Origin: an uncultured bacterium
GTDB taxonomy: Bacteria; Bacillota_I; Bacilli_A; RFN20; CAG-826
Direction: 5' to 3'
Assembly: GCA_949283025.1 (NCBI GenBank)
Contig: CASDRB010000010.1
Span: 226-64,225, forward strand
DNA: 64,000 nucleotides
Below the pieces are notes generated by a model. The model did no database searches. It was not told the origin of the DNA and saw only the letters and a program-made list of their open reading frames with translations. This document shows, piece after piece, positions 11,824-21,662 of the stretch (position 1 is its first letter; each line of letters begins with the position of its first letter). Made by a program: the position numbers and the translations under genes.

Positions 11824-12114
11824 ATGAAAAAATACGAAATCATGTACATTTTAAGAGCAGACTTAGATGAAACCGCTCGCAATGAAGCTCTCGCTAAAGT
11901 CAATTCTATTCTCACCGATAATGGTGCTGAAATTGTTAGCGTTGACGAAAAGATGGGATTAAGAGATTTAGCTTATCCTATCGATGACGAGGTTAAAGGT
12001 TACTATGTCATCTTAAAAGTTAATGCGGAAAACGTCGCTTTAAAAGAGTTCGATCGTTTAGTAAAAATCAACCGCAATGTGTTACGTCATTTAATTCTCG
12101 TTGACGAACAATAA
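11824..12114 (+). CDS. rpsF: 30S ribosomal protein S6
   Basis: MKKYEIMYILRADLDE... matches S6. GGGAGG RBS before the ATG at 11824 (the track ORF starts earlier at 11788). Confidence 0.9.
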   Translation: MKKYEIMYILRADLDETARNEALAKVNSILTDNGAEIVSVDEKMGLRDLAYPIDDEVKGYYVILKVNAENVALKEFDRLVKINRNVLRHLILVDEQ

Positions 12115-12131
12115 TTTTAAGGAGAAAACAA

Positions 12132-12566
12132 ATGATTAATCGTGTTATTTTAGTGGGTCGTTTAGTCAGAGATCCAGAATTAAGAAAAGTTACATCTGGC
12201 AATTCAGTTAGTTCTTTTACAATTGCTATCGATAATTGGGGAAAAGACGCTAATGGAAACAAAACAACATCGTTTATTCCTTGCGTCGTTTGGGGACAAT
12301 CTGCTGACAATGTCAGCAAATATGCTCGCAAAGGCATGCTTGTCGGTGTTGATGGACGTTTAAGTCAAAGAAAATACGATCGCAAAGATGGCACGAAAGC
12401 GTCAGTAATAGAAATTATTTGTGACTCTGTTCAATTCTTAGAACCTAAAGATGAATCAGCAGTCCAAAATCAATCATCTTCAGAATTTGATATTTCACAA
12501 GATAGCGTCGATGATTCTAAAAATTTAGACAGCATTGATATTCCTGATGATGATTTACCATTTTAG
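12132..12566 (+). CDS. ssb: Single-stranded DNA-binding protein
   Basis: OB-fold SSB N-terminus ([18 protein letters not shown]) and acidic C-terminal tail ending DDDLPF. Confidence 0.85.
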   Translation: MINRVILVGRLVRDPELRKVTSGNSVSSFTIAIDNWGKDANGNKTTSFIPCVVWGQSADNVSKYARKGMLVGVDGRLSQRKYDRKDGTKASVIEIICDSVQFLEPKDESAVQNQSSSEFDISQDSVDDSKNLDSIDIPDDDLPF

Positions 12567-12583
12567 AAAGGAAACTTATTGAT

Positions 12584-12811
12584 ATGGCTTTTAAAAAAGT
12601 TAGACCACATAAAAAATTTTGTTATTTTAAGAAAAATAACATTAAACATATCGATTATAAAGATGTCGAAATGTTAAAAATGTTTATTGCTCCAAATGGC
12701 AAAATTTCTCCACGTCGTACGACTGGCACATGTGCTAAACATCAAAGAGAGTTAGCTCGTGCGATTAAAAATGCTCGTTATATGGCATTATTACCATACG
12801 TTGCAGACTAA
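12584..12811 (+). CDS. rpsR: 30S ribosomal protein S18
   Basis: 75 aa, S18 signature region ([23 protein letters not shown]...[12 protein letters not shown]). Conserved rpsF-ssb-rpsR order. Confidence 0.9.
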   Translation: MAFKKVRPHKKFCYFKKNNIKHIDYKDVEMLKMFIAPNGKISPRRTTGTCAKHQRELARAIKNARYMALLPYVAD

Positions 12812-12830
12812 AAAATAGATATTAAAAAAT

Positions 12831-12856
12831 AAGGTCTCATTGAGACCTTTTTTTGT
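12831..12856 (+). terminator. Rho-independent terminator after rpsR
   Basis: AAGGTCTC-ATT-GAGACCTT hairpin followed by T7. Confidence 0.65.
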
Positions 12857-12971
12857 TATATAATTTTTGTAGAAAAAATGTAAATAAAATTTTTGATTAG
12901 TTATCATTGTTTATATAAATGTTTTAATAAATGACTAAATCATTTATAATTATTTAAGCAAACGAGGAATT

Positions 12972-14999
12972 ATGGGAAAAACAATACATCGCATTAGAAT
13001 ATTCGCTTTCATCTTAATACTTATTGAACTTTTAATTTTAGTAGCTTTTTGTGTTTTATATTTTGCTAATGTTTTTAATTTAAGAAATATTATTAACGAC
13101 GAGTATATTATTATTGGATCAGCTATTTTAGTATTTTTTGATTGTTTGTTTGTCTGGGGGAGCGTTATTTATTTATCGTTTTTAAGGCAAAAAACAGATT
13201 TAAAAGCAGCAGAAGTTTTAGGTAGCGATATTCAAGCCGCTTATAATTTTGCAATGCTTGGTTTAGCGGTAATTAATGAACAAAATATCGTCATTTGGAC
13301 CAACGACTTATTTAAAGATAGAAATATTAATATTATTGACTTAGATATATACAAGTGGAAACCAGAACTCAATCAGTTAAACGATAATTTGGATGGGAAA
13401 GTTGTTAAAATTCAAGAAAATAATAGAACTTATGATGTTAAATTATTATCAGAAGCTGGATTATTTATTTTTAAAGATGTAACTGACTTAGAAGGTTCAA
13501 TCGCCTATTCAAGAGATCAAGCCCCAGTGGTTGGCTTGTTAGCTATTGATAATTACGCTGATGTGGTTGGGACTGAAGAAGATTTTAATGATTCAATTAC
13601 AAAAGTAAAAAGTGCTATGCTAGCTTATGCTAAAGATTTTGGTATTCTTTTAAGACGTTATCGAAACGACACCTATTTTATTTTGACCAATTATAAAACG
13701 TTAGAAAAAATGAAAGAAGATGGTTTTTCTTTGGTCAATAAAGTTCGCGATATTGAAAAAGACGAAGATGTTCCTTTAACTTTATCAATTGGTATTGCTC
13801 ACAATTTTCCCGATGTTGTCAAATTATCTGAATTGGCAGAAAGCGCGATGCAAATTGCTGTTTCGCGTGGTGGCGACCAAGTGGTTTTAATGAAATATGG
13901 CAGCGAGATGGAATTTATTGGTGGAAAAACAGAAGCCCAAGAAAAACGAAATCGTGTCAAAATACGTTTTTTAGCTGACTCGTTAATGTCTTTAATTAAA
14001 CAATCTAATAATGTCATTATTATGGGTCATAAAATGGCCGACATGGATGCTTTTGGAGCTTGCTTGGGCATTAAAGCAATCTGCGATCGTTTAGAAAAGC
14101 CTTCATTAATTGCTTTAGATTTTAAAGAAACAGAATATAAAACTAGATCGGCCATTACATCAAACTTTTCAAAAGACGAATTAGAAAAATTAATAGTATC
14201 TATTAAAGATGCCGAAAATAAAGTTGGTTCAAACACATTAATAGTTGTTGTTGATGTTCACTCTCCATTGATGGTTATGGCGCCTAATATCATCGAAAAA
14301 GCAAATAAGATTGTTATTATTGACCATCATCGTCGTAGCGAAAACTACATAGAAGATACTGTTTTTGACCACATTGATCCATCAGCTTCCTCAACATGTG
14401 AAATTATTGCTGAATTTATTCATTTTGCTTCCATATCTCCTAAAATTAATTTGCCTTCTTTGTATGCGACTATCATGTTATCAGGTATCTTTTTGGACTC
14501 ACATTTCTTCAAAGCCAAAAATGTTGGTATTAGAACTTTTGAAGCTTGTACATTTTTAAAAGAATTTGGTGCTGACAACGCTAAGGCCGATGAATTGTTA
14601 AAAGATGATTATGAAGAGCACATGATGGTCAACAAAATTATTTCTAATATTTCAACACCAGTTCCAGGTGTAGTTTATGCTATTGCTCCAACCGATATTA
14701 TTTTTGATGATGCTACTTTAGCAAAAGCAGCTAATGAACTTCTTCAAATTAAATCAATCAATGCCGCTTTTGTCGTTGGCAAAACTAGTAATAAAACCAT
14801 TAAAATGTCATGCCGAAGCGATTCGACCATCAATGTTCAATTGTTGGCTGAAAAAATGGGTGGCGGTGGACATTTTGCAGCAGCAGCTGTCTTATTCCAA
14901 ACTACTGATTTTTCAACCGTTGAGGATACGCTTAAAGCGGTTTTAGCTACTTCATTAAACGAAGCCAGAACCGAAAAAAGAAACAAGGAGGATAAATAA
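12972..14999 (+). CDS. gdpP: GdpP-type c-di-AMP phosphodiesterase (TM + PAS/degenerate GGDEF + DHH/DHHA1)
   Basis: Two N-terminal TM helices, a central GGDEF-like region, the DHH motif (IIDHHRRS) and a C-terminal DHHA1 (GGGGH). Conserved position between rpsR and rplI as in Firmicutes yybT. Confidence 0.8.
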   Translation: MGKTIHRIRIFAFILILIELLILVAFCVLYFANVFNLRNIINDEYIIIGSAILVFFDCLFVWGSVIYLSFLRQKTDLKAAEVLGSDIQAAYNFAMLGLAVINEQNIVIWTNDLFKDRNINIIDLDIYKWKPELNQLNDNLDGKVVKIQENNRTYDVKLLSEAGLFIFKDVTDLEGSIAYSRDQAPVVGLLAIDNYADVVGTEEDFNDSITKVKSAMLAYAKDFGILLRRYRNDTYFILTNYKTLEKMKEDGFSLVNKVRDIEKDEDVPLTLSIGIAHNFPDVVKLSELAESAMQIAVSRGGDQVVLMKYGSEMEFIGGKTEAQEKRNRVKIRFLADSLMSLIKQSNNVIIMGHKMADMDAFGACLGIKAICDRLEKPSLIALDFKETEYKTRSAITSNFSKDELEKLIVSIKDAENKVGSNTLIVVVDVHSPLMVMAPNIIEKANKIVIIDHHRRSENYIEDTVFDHIDPSASSTCEIIAEFIHFASISPKINLPSLYATIMLSGIFLDSHFFKAKNVGIRTFEACTFLKEFGADNAKADELLKDDYEEHMMVNKIISNISTPVPGVVYAIAPTDIIFDDATLAKAANELLQIKSINAAFVVGKTSNKTIKMSCRSDSTINVQLLAEKMGGGGHFAAAAVLFQTTDFSTVEDTLKAVLATSLNEARTEKRNKEDK

Positions 15000-15000
15000 T

Positions 15001-15450
15001 ATGAAAGTTATCATGCTTAAAGATGTAAAAAATGTAGGTAAAAAAGACCAAATTGTTGATGTTAGCACTGGATATGCTTCTAATTATTTATTTCCTAGGA
15101 AATTAGCGGTTATGTACACTGATAAAAGTTCACAAATTTTAGACCAGCAAAAAGCCGACCGAGAAGCTCACGAAGCACAATTAAAAAAACAAGCCGAAGA
15201 ACTTAAAGTTAAATTAGCGGATATAACATTAGAATTTAAAGCTAAAACTGGAAAAGACGGAAAGATGTTTGGCACTATTTCCATTAAACAAGTTTGTGAA
15301 TTATTAAAATCTAAGTATGGATACGATATTGATAAACGCAAATTTGTTGATAAAACTACCATCGATTGTTTGGGCGTTGTGATTTTAAAAAATGAACTTT
15401 ATAAAGGTGTTATTGCAGAAATAAAAGTTCATGTCAGTGAGGAAAAATAA
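15001..15450 (+). CDS. rplI: 50S ribosomal protein L9
   Basis: MKVIMLKDVKNVGKKDQIVDVSTGYASNYLFPRKLA, the canonical L9 N-domain. Confidence 0.9.
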   Translation: MKVIMLKDVKNVGKKDQIVDVSTGYASNYLFPRKLAVMYTDKSSQILDQQKADREAHEAQLKKQAEELKVKLADITLEFKAKTGKDGKMFGTISIKQVCELLKSKYGYDIDKRKFVDKTTIDCLGVVILKNELYKGVIAEIKVHVSEEK

Positions 15451-15451
15451 A

Positions 15452-16966
15452 ATGGCTAAAAATCAAAGCAAAAGTTATCAAGATTTGCCATGTTCTATTG
15501 AAGCCGAGAAAGCTGTTTTAGGTTCGGCGATGATGAGCCAAGAAGCTTTATACAACGTTATGTCTTCTTTGCAGCAAGAAGATTTTTATAGTTTAAAACA
15601 TCAAAAAATTTATATTGCTATTGCTAATTTAATGGCTAAAAAAAGCGCAGTGGATGCCATGACGGTGTTTGAAGAATTAGACAATCTTAAAGTTGCTCAA
15701 GAAGTGGGTGGCGTCGATTATTTAAAAGAATTGCTAGATGCTGTTTTATCTTTTGCTAATTTGCAATTTTATATTGATATTATTGTCGATCAATCTGTTT
15801 TAAGGAAAATGTTATTGACGATTAGAGAAATAGATAGAGAATATCGCGAAGAAAAAATTGATGATTTAAATGATTTCATTTTGTCTAGTGAAGGTAAATT
15901 TAAAGATTCTATTGCTAGACGTCACATTTCCAGTTTTGCTTCAATGGAAGAAGTAACTAATGTTATCGAATCCAAATTAAACGCTCAAAAAGAGTTGCCA
16001 TATGATCAAAGCGAGGTAATTGGATTAAATACTGGGTATCCTGGCATTAATAAATTAACACAAGGCTTCCAAAAAGGCGAGATGACCGTTATTGCAGCCA
16101 GACCATCTGTTGGCAAAACAGCGTTAGCATTAAATTTTGCATATCATGTCGCCACAAAATCTGATGTGCCTGTCGCTATTTTTTCATTGGAAATGACATC
16201 TGAATCTTTGGTAAGAAGAATAATTGCTTCGGTTAGTTGTGTTTCTTTAAAAGACATTAACATTGGTCGTTTTAAAGGTACTGATCGTGCCAAAGTTGCT
16301 GCTGCTATTAAAGAAGTGAGCAACGCTAAAATATTTATCGATGAATCTAGCTCTATTAAAATGCTTGATATTGTAGCTAAAACTAGAAAATTGCAAGCGG
16401 CTCACCCTAATTTAGGGTTAGTAGTTATCGATTATCTTGGTTTAGTTCAATTAGGTGGAAAATCTGTCAGTAGAAGCGCTGATTCACGAACAGAAGAAGT
16501 AAGAAAAATTTCTTTAGCTATTAAAGAAATGGCTAAAGAGTTACAAATACCTGTCGTTGTTGTGTCACAGTTATCTAGAGATGTTGAAAAACGCGATGTT
16601 AAAAAACCAATGTTATCTGATTTAAGAGATTCAGGCGCAATTGAACAAGATGCCGATGTCGTCATGCTTTTGTATCGCGAAGATTATTATAATGAACAAA
16701 AAAAGATTTCTGCTGCTAATAAAAAACCAGGTCAATTAACTAAAGCTGAACAATTCGAATTGGCTAAAGCACAAAAAGAAAAAGAATTAGGAGAATCTAT
16801 TCCTGGTTCTGCTTCTTATGTTGAAGTTAATATTGCTAAAAACCGAAATGGTCAAGTCGGTAAAGTGCCATTGTTTTTTTATAAAGAATATGGTCGATTC
16901 GATTCGCCAAGCCAAGCGTGGATTGATCAAATGAAAGCAATAGTAGAGGAAAGTGATCCAGATTAA
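15452..16966 (+). CDS. dnaB: Replicative DNA helicase
   Basis: DnaB N-terminal domain plus RecA-like core (Walker A ARPSVGKT, H4 motifs). GAGGA RBS 9 nt before the ATG at 15452. The track start at 15431 overlaps rplI. Confidence 0.9.
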   Translation: MAKNQSKSYQDLPCSIEAEKAVLGSAMMSQEALYNVMSSLQQEDFYSLKHQKIYIAIANLMAKKSAVDAMTVFEELDNLKVAQEVGGVDYLKELLDAVLSFANLQFYIDIIVDQSVLRKMLLTIREIDREYREEKIDDLNDFILSSEGKFKDSIARRHISSFASMEEVTNVIESKLNAQKELPYDQSEVIGLNTGYPGINKLTQGFQKGEMTVIAARPSVGKTALALNFAYHVATKSDVPVAIFSLEMTSESLVRRIIASVSCVSLKDINIGRFKGTDRAKVAAAIKEVSNAKIFIDESSSIKMLDIVAKTRKLQAAHPNLGLVVIDYLGLVQLGGKSVSRSADSRTEEVRKISLAIKEMAKELQIPVVVVSQLSRDVEKRDVKKPMLSDLRDSGAIEQDADVVMLLYREDYYNEQKKISAANKKPGQLTKAEQFELAKAQKEKELGESIPGSASYVEVNIAKNRNGQVGKVPLFFYKEYGRFDSPSQAWIDQMKAIVEESDPD

Positions 16967-17715
16967 TGTATTTTAATATCATCGCTTCTGGTTCAAAAGG
17001 CAACGCAACTTTAATTAAAGAAAAAAACACCCTCATCTTAATTGATATGGGTGTTTCTTTAACAACATTAACTCAAGGATTAAAAAAAATTAATCAAACC
17101 TTAGATGATATTGATGCATGTTTTTTTACTCATGATCATAGCGATCATATCAAAGGTGTTCAATATTTAAAAAACAAGAAATTATATGCTTTAAAAGGAA
17201 CATTGAAGGGTATTTATCACGAATTAAAACTAAATACACCAATTCAAATAAAAGATATTACAATTACACCAGTTTTAACATCGCATGATGCTATTAATCC
17301 ATGTGGATTTATAGTTGAGTCCTTACAAGAGAAATTGGTTTATATTACTGATACTGGATATATTCCTGAATCAACTCTAAATTTGATTAAGCATCCTACA
17401 TATTTAATTATTGAATCTAATCATGATGTATCTATGTTAATGAAATCGAACCGTTCAATGGACTTAAAAAGACGCATTTTAAGTGACTTAGGTCATCTGT
17501 GCAATGAAGATGCAGCTATTTATGCTTGCAATATAATTAACGAACAATGCAAGCAAATTGTATTAGCCCATTTAAGCGAAGAATGCAATCAACCACAAGT
17601 TGCGATTAAATCTTGGAAAACAATTTTTGATTACTACCATATTGATTTTGATAAATTTAATATTGTTACTGCTTGGCAATATCAAAGCACTATTGGAGGT
17701 CAATATGAAAATTAA
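16966..17715 (+). CDS. MBL-fold metallo-hydrolase (YycJ/WalJ-like)
   Basis: THDHSDH metal-binding motif. Location after dnaB and before rlmH, as for yycJ in Bacilli. Confidence 0.7.
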   Translation: MYFNIIASGSKGNATLIKEKNTLILIDMGVSLTTLTQGLKKINQTLDDIDACFFTHDHSDHIKGVQYLKNKKLYALKGTLKGIYHELKLNTPIQIKDITITPVLTSHDAINPCGFIVESLQEKLVYITDTGYIPESTLNLIKHPTYLIIESNHDVSMLMKSNRSMDLKRRILSDLGHLCNEDAAIYACNIINEQCKQIVLAHLSEECNQPQVAIKSWKTIFDYYHIDFDKFNIVTAWQYQSTIGGQYEN

Positions 17716-18184
17716 TTTATTTGTAGTTGGAAAAATCAAAGATATTAATTTAAACGCTATGATACAAGAATTCATTAAAAGATTATCTAGTTACGCAACA
17801 ATAAATATAGAGGAAATAAATGATGAATCATTGCCAGATAAACCAAATGAGTCAGAAATCAAAAAAGCAGTTGAAATTGAAGGCGAAAAAATATTAAAAA
17901 AAGTTGAAAAAATGCAATACGTAATTATTTTTGATTTAGTATCATATCAGCCAAATAGTGTTGAATTTGCAAAGATTTTACAAGCTAAGATAGATTTGTT
18001 TGGTTCAAAAATAGGATTTGTTATCGGCGGTTCTTATGGCTTAAGTGACAATGTTAAAAAACGCGCAAATTTAGCGATAGGATTATCTAATTTGACATTC
18101 ACTCACCAAATGGCTAGATTAATTGTTTTAGAACAAATTTATCGCGCATTTAAAATTAATCATAACGAGGTGTATCACAAATGA
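17705..18184 (+). CDS. rlmH: 23S rRNA (pseudouridine1915-N3)-methyltransferase RlmH
   Basis: 159-aa SPOUT fold (MKINLFVVGKIK...GGSYGLS...). GGAGG RBS before the ATG at 17705. The track ORF at 17600 is an upstream extension. Confidence 0.8.
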   Translation: MKINLFVVGKIKDINLNAMIQEFIKRLSSYATINIEEINDESLPDKPNESEIKKAVEIEGEKILKKVEKMQYVIIFDLVSYQPNSVEFAKILQAKIDLFGSKIGFVIGGSYGLSDNVKKRANLAIGLSNLTFTHQMARLIVLEQIYRAFKINHNEVYHK

Positions 18185-18519
18185 AAATTAAATTTTGGTC
18201 GCATTTAAAACAACTTAAAGATAACAACAATCCATTTTGCTATTTATTTGAATACGATAACGGAGATCAATTTTATATTGAACCTATTTTTTATACTAAA
18301 TTAAGAAATCTTTTAGATATATATCCTCAATATGAAAATGCAATTTTAGACGAGATGGAAAAAAGAGTTAAAAAAAATCATCGAGTCGTTTTTGTTGGGA
18401 CATTTGAATATCCTCAAACAGAAGTCGATGATTTTATTTTTTTAGAAATAGAAGATATAACTGATTCTTTAAAAATTTATGTTGAAGATAAATCTAGAGG
18501 ATCAGATTATGGCGATTAG
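18181..18519 (+). CDS. Hypothetical protein (112 aa), translationally coupled to rlmH
   Basis: ATGA overlap with the rlmH stop. No recognisable motifs. Confidence 0.4.
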   Translation: MKIKFWSHLKQLKDNNNPFCYLFEYDNGDQFYIEPIFYTKLRNLLDIYPQYENAILDEMEKRVKKNHRVVFVGTFEYPQTEVDDFIFLEIEDITDSLKIYVEDKSRGSDYGD

Positions 18520-19631
18520 CGGATTTGTGGTTTTAATTGTCGCATCGTCAACCACATAATTCTAACGCCTAGTAAAATAATAAAGAACATTAATGCTCCT
18601 TGTGGGAAAATAAATCCGATTATCATTCCTAATAAACCAGGTGTGAATGAAGCCCATGCATTGATTTTTTGACATTCCATAAACTTTAAAACACGGAACA
18701 CATTCTTTTTGCCACGAGTTAATAAGAAAATCATTAACCCCATGAAAATTGATAAGGCAAAATAAATACCTAAGGCTAACAAAGAAGTATAAATAGTTGA
18801 AGTGTTTCTTGTTGTGATGAATGTTTCATCTAAAAATGTTTTCCAGTTATTTAAAACCGATTTTGTGTAATTTGGATCGCTCAAATAATCGTTATAATCG
18901 GTTGACAATACCTTATCATTAAAACCACCTGTAATAGCAAAAGAAGCAATAGAAGTGCCTTCTTTCATAGTTAAAAAATCACCAGCAGTTGACGCTATTG
19001 ATGTTGTCGAATTTGGTTGAAAGAAGTTAACGACAATATAATTTTGATTCATCAAAATGAATGAAGGTGTATAAGGCGTTGCGCTTGGAGCATCTTCACT
19101 TGAAGAACTACTAGAAGGTTGGACACTATCAACATATTTATTAGTGGTTCCTACTTCATATCGATTATTGCCAATTGTCTCTTGAAATTTATTAAAATCA
19201 GATCCGGTTTCATGAGTGTAGTAAACCAACAAATCATATTGATTAGTTAATTTGTTTACATATGCATATTGGACTGTTTCATTACCATATCCATATTTTT
19301 CTTTCCACGAACCATTTTCATCAATTAATTGATGATTAGCATTGATGACTAAGTCAATATCGTTTTCCACCAAATTCATTGCAAAGGCAGTACCAGTAAT
19401 ATCGAATCCATAATTATTGCTAGATAATAAACTTGATCCGTATTGACTCATTCCATTTGTTACAATTGGAATAACAGGCAAGCAAATCGCTAATACAAAA
19501 AATATTAAAGCGACCCACCATGGGTTATGACGAGCGCCATTTATAGCGCGTTGATTGGAGTATAAACTCCCGAAGATATTTTTTAAGTTTTCTTTTGTCT
19601 CAGGGGACATCTTTTTTCTTTGTTTTTTCAT
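18516..19631 (-). CDS. Membrane protein with large extracytoplasmic domain (N-terminal TM, two C-terminal TMs), function unknown
   Basis: Hydrophobicity pattern, Ser-rich linker (SSSSSSED), 371 aa. Convergent with the rlmH operon. Confidence 0.5.
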   Translation of the reverse strand: MKKQRKKMSPETKENLKNIFGSLYSNQRAINGARHNPWWVALIFFVLAICLPVIPIVTNGMSQYGSSLLSSNNYGFDITGTAFAMNLVENDIDLVINANHQLIDENGSWKEKYGYGNETVQYAYVNKLTNQYDLLVYYTHETGSDFNKFQETIGNNRYEVGTTNKYVDSVQPSSSSSSEDAPSATPYTPSFILMNQNYIVVNFFQPNSTTSIASTAGDFLTMKEGTSIASFAITGGFNDKVLSTDYNDYLSDPNYTKSVLNNWKTFLDETFITTRNTSTIYTSLLALGIYFALSIFMGLMIFLLTRGKKNVFRVLKFMECQKINAWASFTPGLLGMIIGFIFPQGALMFFIILLGVRIMWLTMRQLKPQIR

Positions 19632-19677
19632 AGCAATTTCTTATTTTATGAGAAAATCATCTATTTTACAAATAGAA

Positions 19678-20988
19678 TTATATATTTTCTTTATCATTCA
19701 TTTGATTATTTTGATTGTTGTCATCTTTTTTGTGCCTATAAAGTAGTTTTAATAAAATAGGCGCTATTAATGATGAAGCAATGATTAATATGATAACAAA
19801 TGGCATGATTGAATCATCTAATAGTTCACCTTCGATACCTTTTGTAGCGCATACGATGACAACCTCTGCTCTAACCATCATACCAACACCAATAATTGTT
19901 GAATCTTTTAAATTATTTTTGGTAATTAGCCCACCAATTCCAGCACCAATTACTTTTGATAACAATCCAACAATTACAAACAAAATTCCAAACAATATAA
20001 AGTTACTTGTTATGCCATTTAAATCCCATAGCATTAATCCGATACTTGCAAAAAATACTGGTGAAAATAATAAACTAGTTTCCCCATCAGTCTTATAATC
20101 AATATATTCTTTGGATTTAGTTTTCGAAATCATTAATCCTGCCATAAATGCACCAGTAATATCAGCAACACCAAATATACTTTCGGCCACATAAGCTAAA
20201 ATAAAAGCTAGACCAAAACCAAAAATAGGGATGCGGCGGTGGCGAGGCCATTTATTATTTAACCATGAAAACAATTTATTAATTGGCCACCAAAGCAAAG
20301 CGCACATTGCAAAGAAACCTATCATGAACAAAACGACATATAGAATATCTAAATTAGAGTTTCCGCTTGTTCCGATGAATGGGACGTTTCCTCCGCTAGT
20401 ATTGGTGGCACCCAATGATAAAACAACCGACAATAAAATAATGCCTATAATATCATCCAAAATAGCCGCGCTTTCAATAATGACCCCAACTTTTGAATCT
20501 AATTTGCCTAATTCTTTTAAAACTGATACGGTAATTGAAATGGATGTAGCAGTTAATAAAACCCCATAAAAAATATTTGTCCATGGATTATTATTTGGGA
20601 AGATTAAAAAAGCTAATCCTGCCCCCATTCCTAAAGGTACTAATACGCCTAAAGAAGTAACTATCAAACTGGCAATTCCTGAAGACTTTATTTTTTGCAA
20701 ATCGGTTTCCATTCCTGCTGAAAACATGATTAAAATGACACCTATTTTGGCGATAAAATCGATGCCAGCAGTAGTAGAATCGGTGAAAATGGTTTGATTT
20801 GGAATAAGAGTAATAGCTCCTAATGCAATGCCAGAAATCAAAAAACCAATTACTTGAGGCATACCAATTTTTTTGCAAAATATAGATAATACTTTAGCAA
20901 AAATTATTATTAGCCCCAACGGCAATAGAATCATGTAAGGTTCGCTTGAATTAGTAATGGATGAGAAAAAATGCATAATTGTATTCAT
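19678..20988 (-). CDS. Monovalent cation:proton antiporter (CPA2/NapA-KefB-like Na+/H+ or K+/H+ exchanger)
   Basis: About 12 TM helices. The N-terminus (LPLGLIIIFAKVLSIFCKKIGMPQVIGFLISGIALG) is typical of CPA exchangers. 436 aa. Confidence 0.75.
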   Translation of the reverse strand: MNTIMHFFSSITNSSEPYMILLPLGLIIIFAKVLSIFCKKIGMPQVIGFLISGIALGAITLIPNQTIFTDSTTAGIDFIAKIGVILIMFSAGMETDLQKIKSSGIASLIVTSLGVLVPLGMGAGLAFLIFPNNNPWTNIFYGVLLTATSISITVSVLKELGKLDSKVGVIIESAAILDDIIGIILLSVVLSLGATNTSGGNVPFIGTSGNSNLDILYVVLFMIGFFAMCALLWWPINKLFSWLNNKWPRHRRIPIFGFGLAFILAYVAESIFGVADITGAFMAGLMISKTKSKEYIDYKTDGETSLLFSPVFFASIGLMLWDLNGITSNFILFGILFVIVGLLSKVIGAGIGGLITKNNLKDSTIIGVGMMVRAEVVIVCATKGIEGELLDDSIMPFVIILIIASSLIAPILLKLLYRHKKDDNNQNNQMNDKENI

Positions 20989-21096
20989 AGCATTGTTATT
21001 TTACTCCGTCATTTGAATGTTTCAAGCAAAAAAAGTGTAATTTACATTTTATATAATATTTGATAATATTAGTATACCTCAAATGAGGTAGAATCT

Positions 21097-21471
21097 GGGG
21101 TAGTCTTGGTTTCGACAGAGATATTGGCTGACATAGAATGCAGTCGAGCAGTGACGTTATCACTAAAAAAATAATAACTGGCAATCAAAGAGTCAGTTAT
21201 GCTCTCGCCTAATTTAACCAATAGATCGCGTTAATAGGCTCGAATAGGAGCATCGTCCTTGAAGGTTTTCTCTTCTCACGCTTCAAGAAGACGTCATACC
21301 AAGAAGATAAGCTTTGTTAAGGCTAGATAGCAAAGACGAAAACTTTATAGCCTCGCATTTGATGTTAGATGATATTGTAATTCAAGTGCTAAATTCTCAA
21401 ATTCATCTAAACTGTAGAAGTCTTTGAGGGTCTATCTCTGGACGCGGATTCGATTTCCGCCTACTCCACCA
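21097..21471 (+). ncRNA. ssrA: Transfer-messenger RNA (tmRNA, SsrA)
   Basis: 5' GGGGTAGTCTTGGTTTCGACAG pairs with 3' ...CTACTCCACCA (acceptor stem + CCA). T-arm GGACGCGGATTCGATTTCCGCC. Internal reading frame ...ATAACT GGC AAT CAA AGA GTC AGT TAT GCT CTC GCC TAA, similar in layout to the B. subtilis tag (predicted tag (A)GNQRVSYALA). Confidence 0.85.
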
Positions 21472-21484
21472 AATCAAATAAATA

Positions 21485-21513
21485 ATGTTTAGCATGCGCC
21501 TAAACATTTTTTG
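21485..21513 (+). terminator. Rho-independent terminator after ssrA
   Basis: ATGTTTAG-CATGCGC-CTAAACAT hairpin followed by TTTTTG. A second hairpin (AACTCT-N7-AGAGTT + T7) lies at 21558-21587. Confidence 0.6.
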
Positions 21514-21662
21514 TTAAATTAAAATAAAAAAGCAGCAAATTTCCAATATTTTTAAATAACTCTTGAAAGTAGAGTTGCTTTTTTTGTTTATCTACTAACA
21601 GTATAGTGCATTTTATTTTATATGAATGTTAAATATTATTATCAAACACAAGGAGAATAAAA

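Noticed and set aside
21040-21096. CCTCAAATGAGG palindrome in the ssrA promoter region
   Set aside because: It is a short 5-bp-arm palindrome overlapping the putative -10 region. This is too short to distinguish from chance. It is noted only as a possible minor operator.
20996-21184. 62-aa minus-strand ORF from the track
   Set aside because: It overlaps the tmRNA gene and its promoter. There is no RBS and the composition is an artefact of the AT-rich sequence, so it is far more likely spurious.
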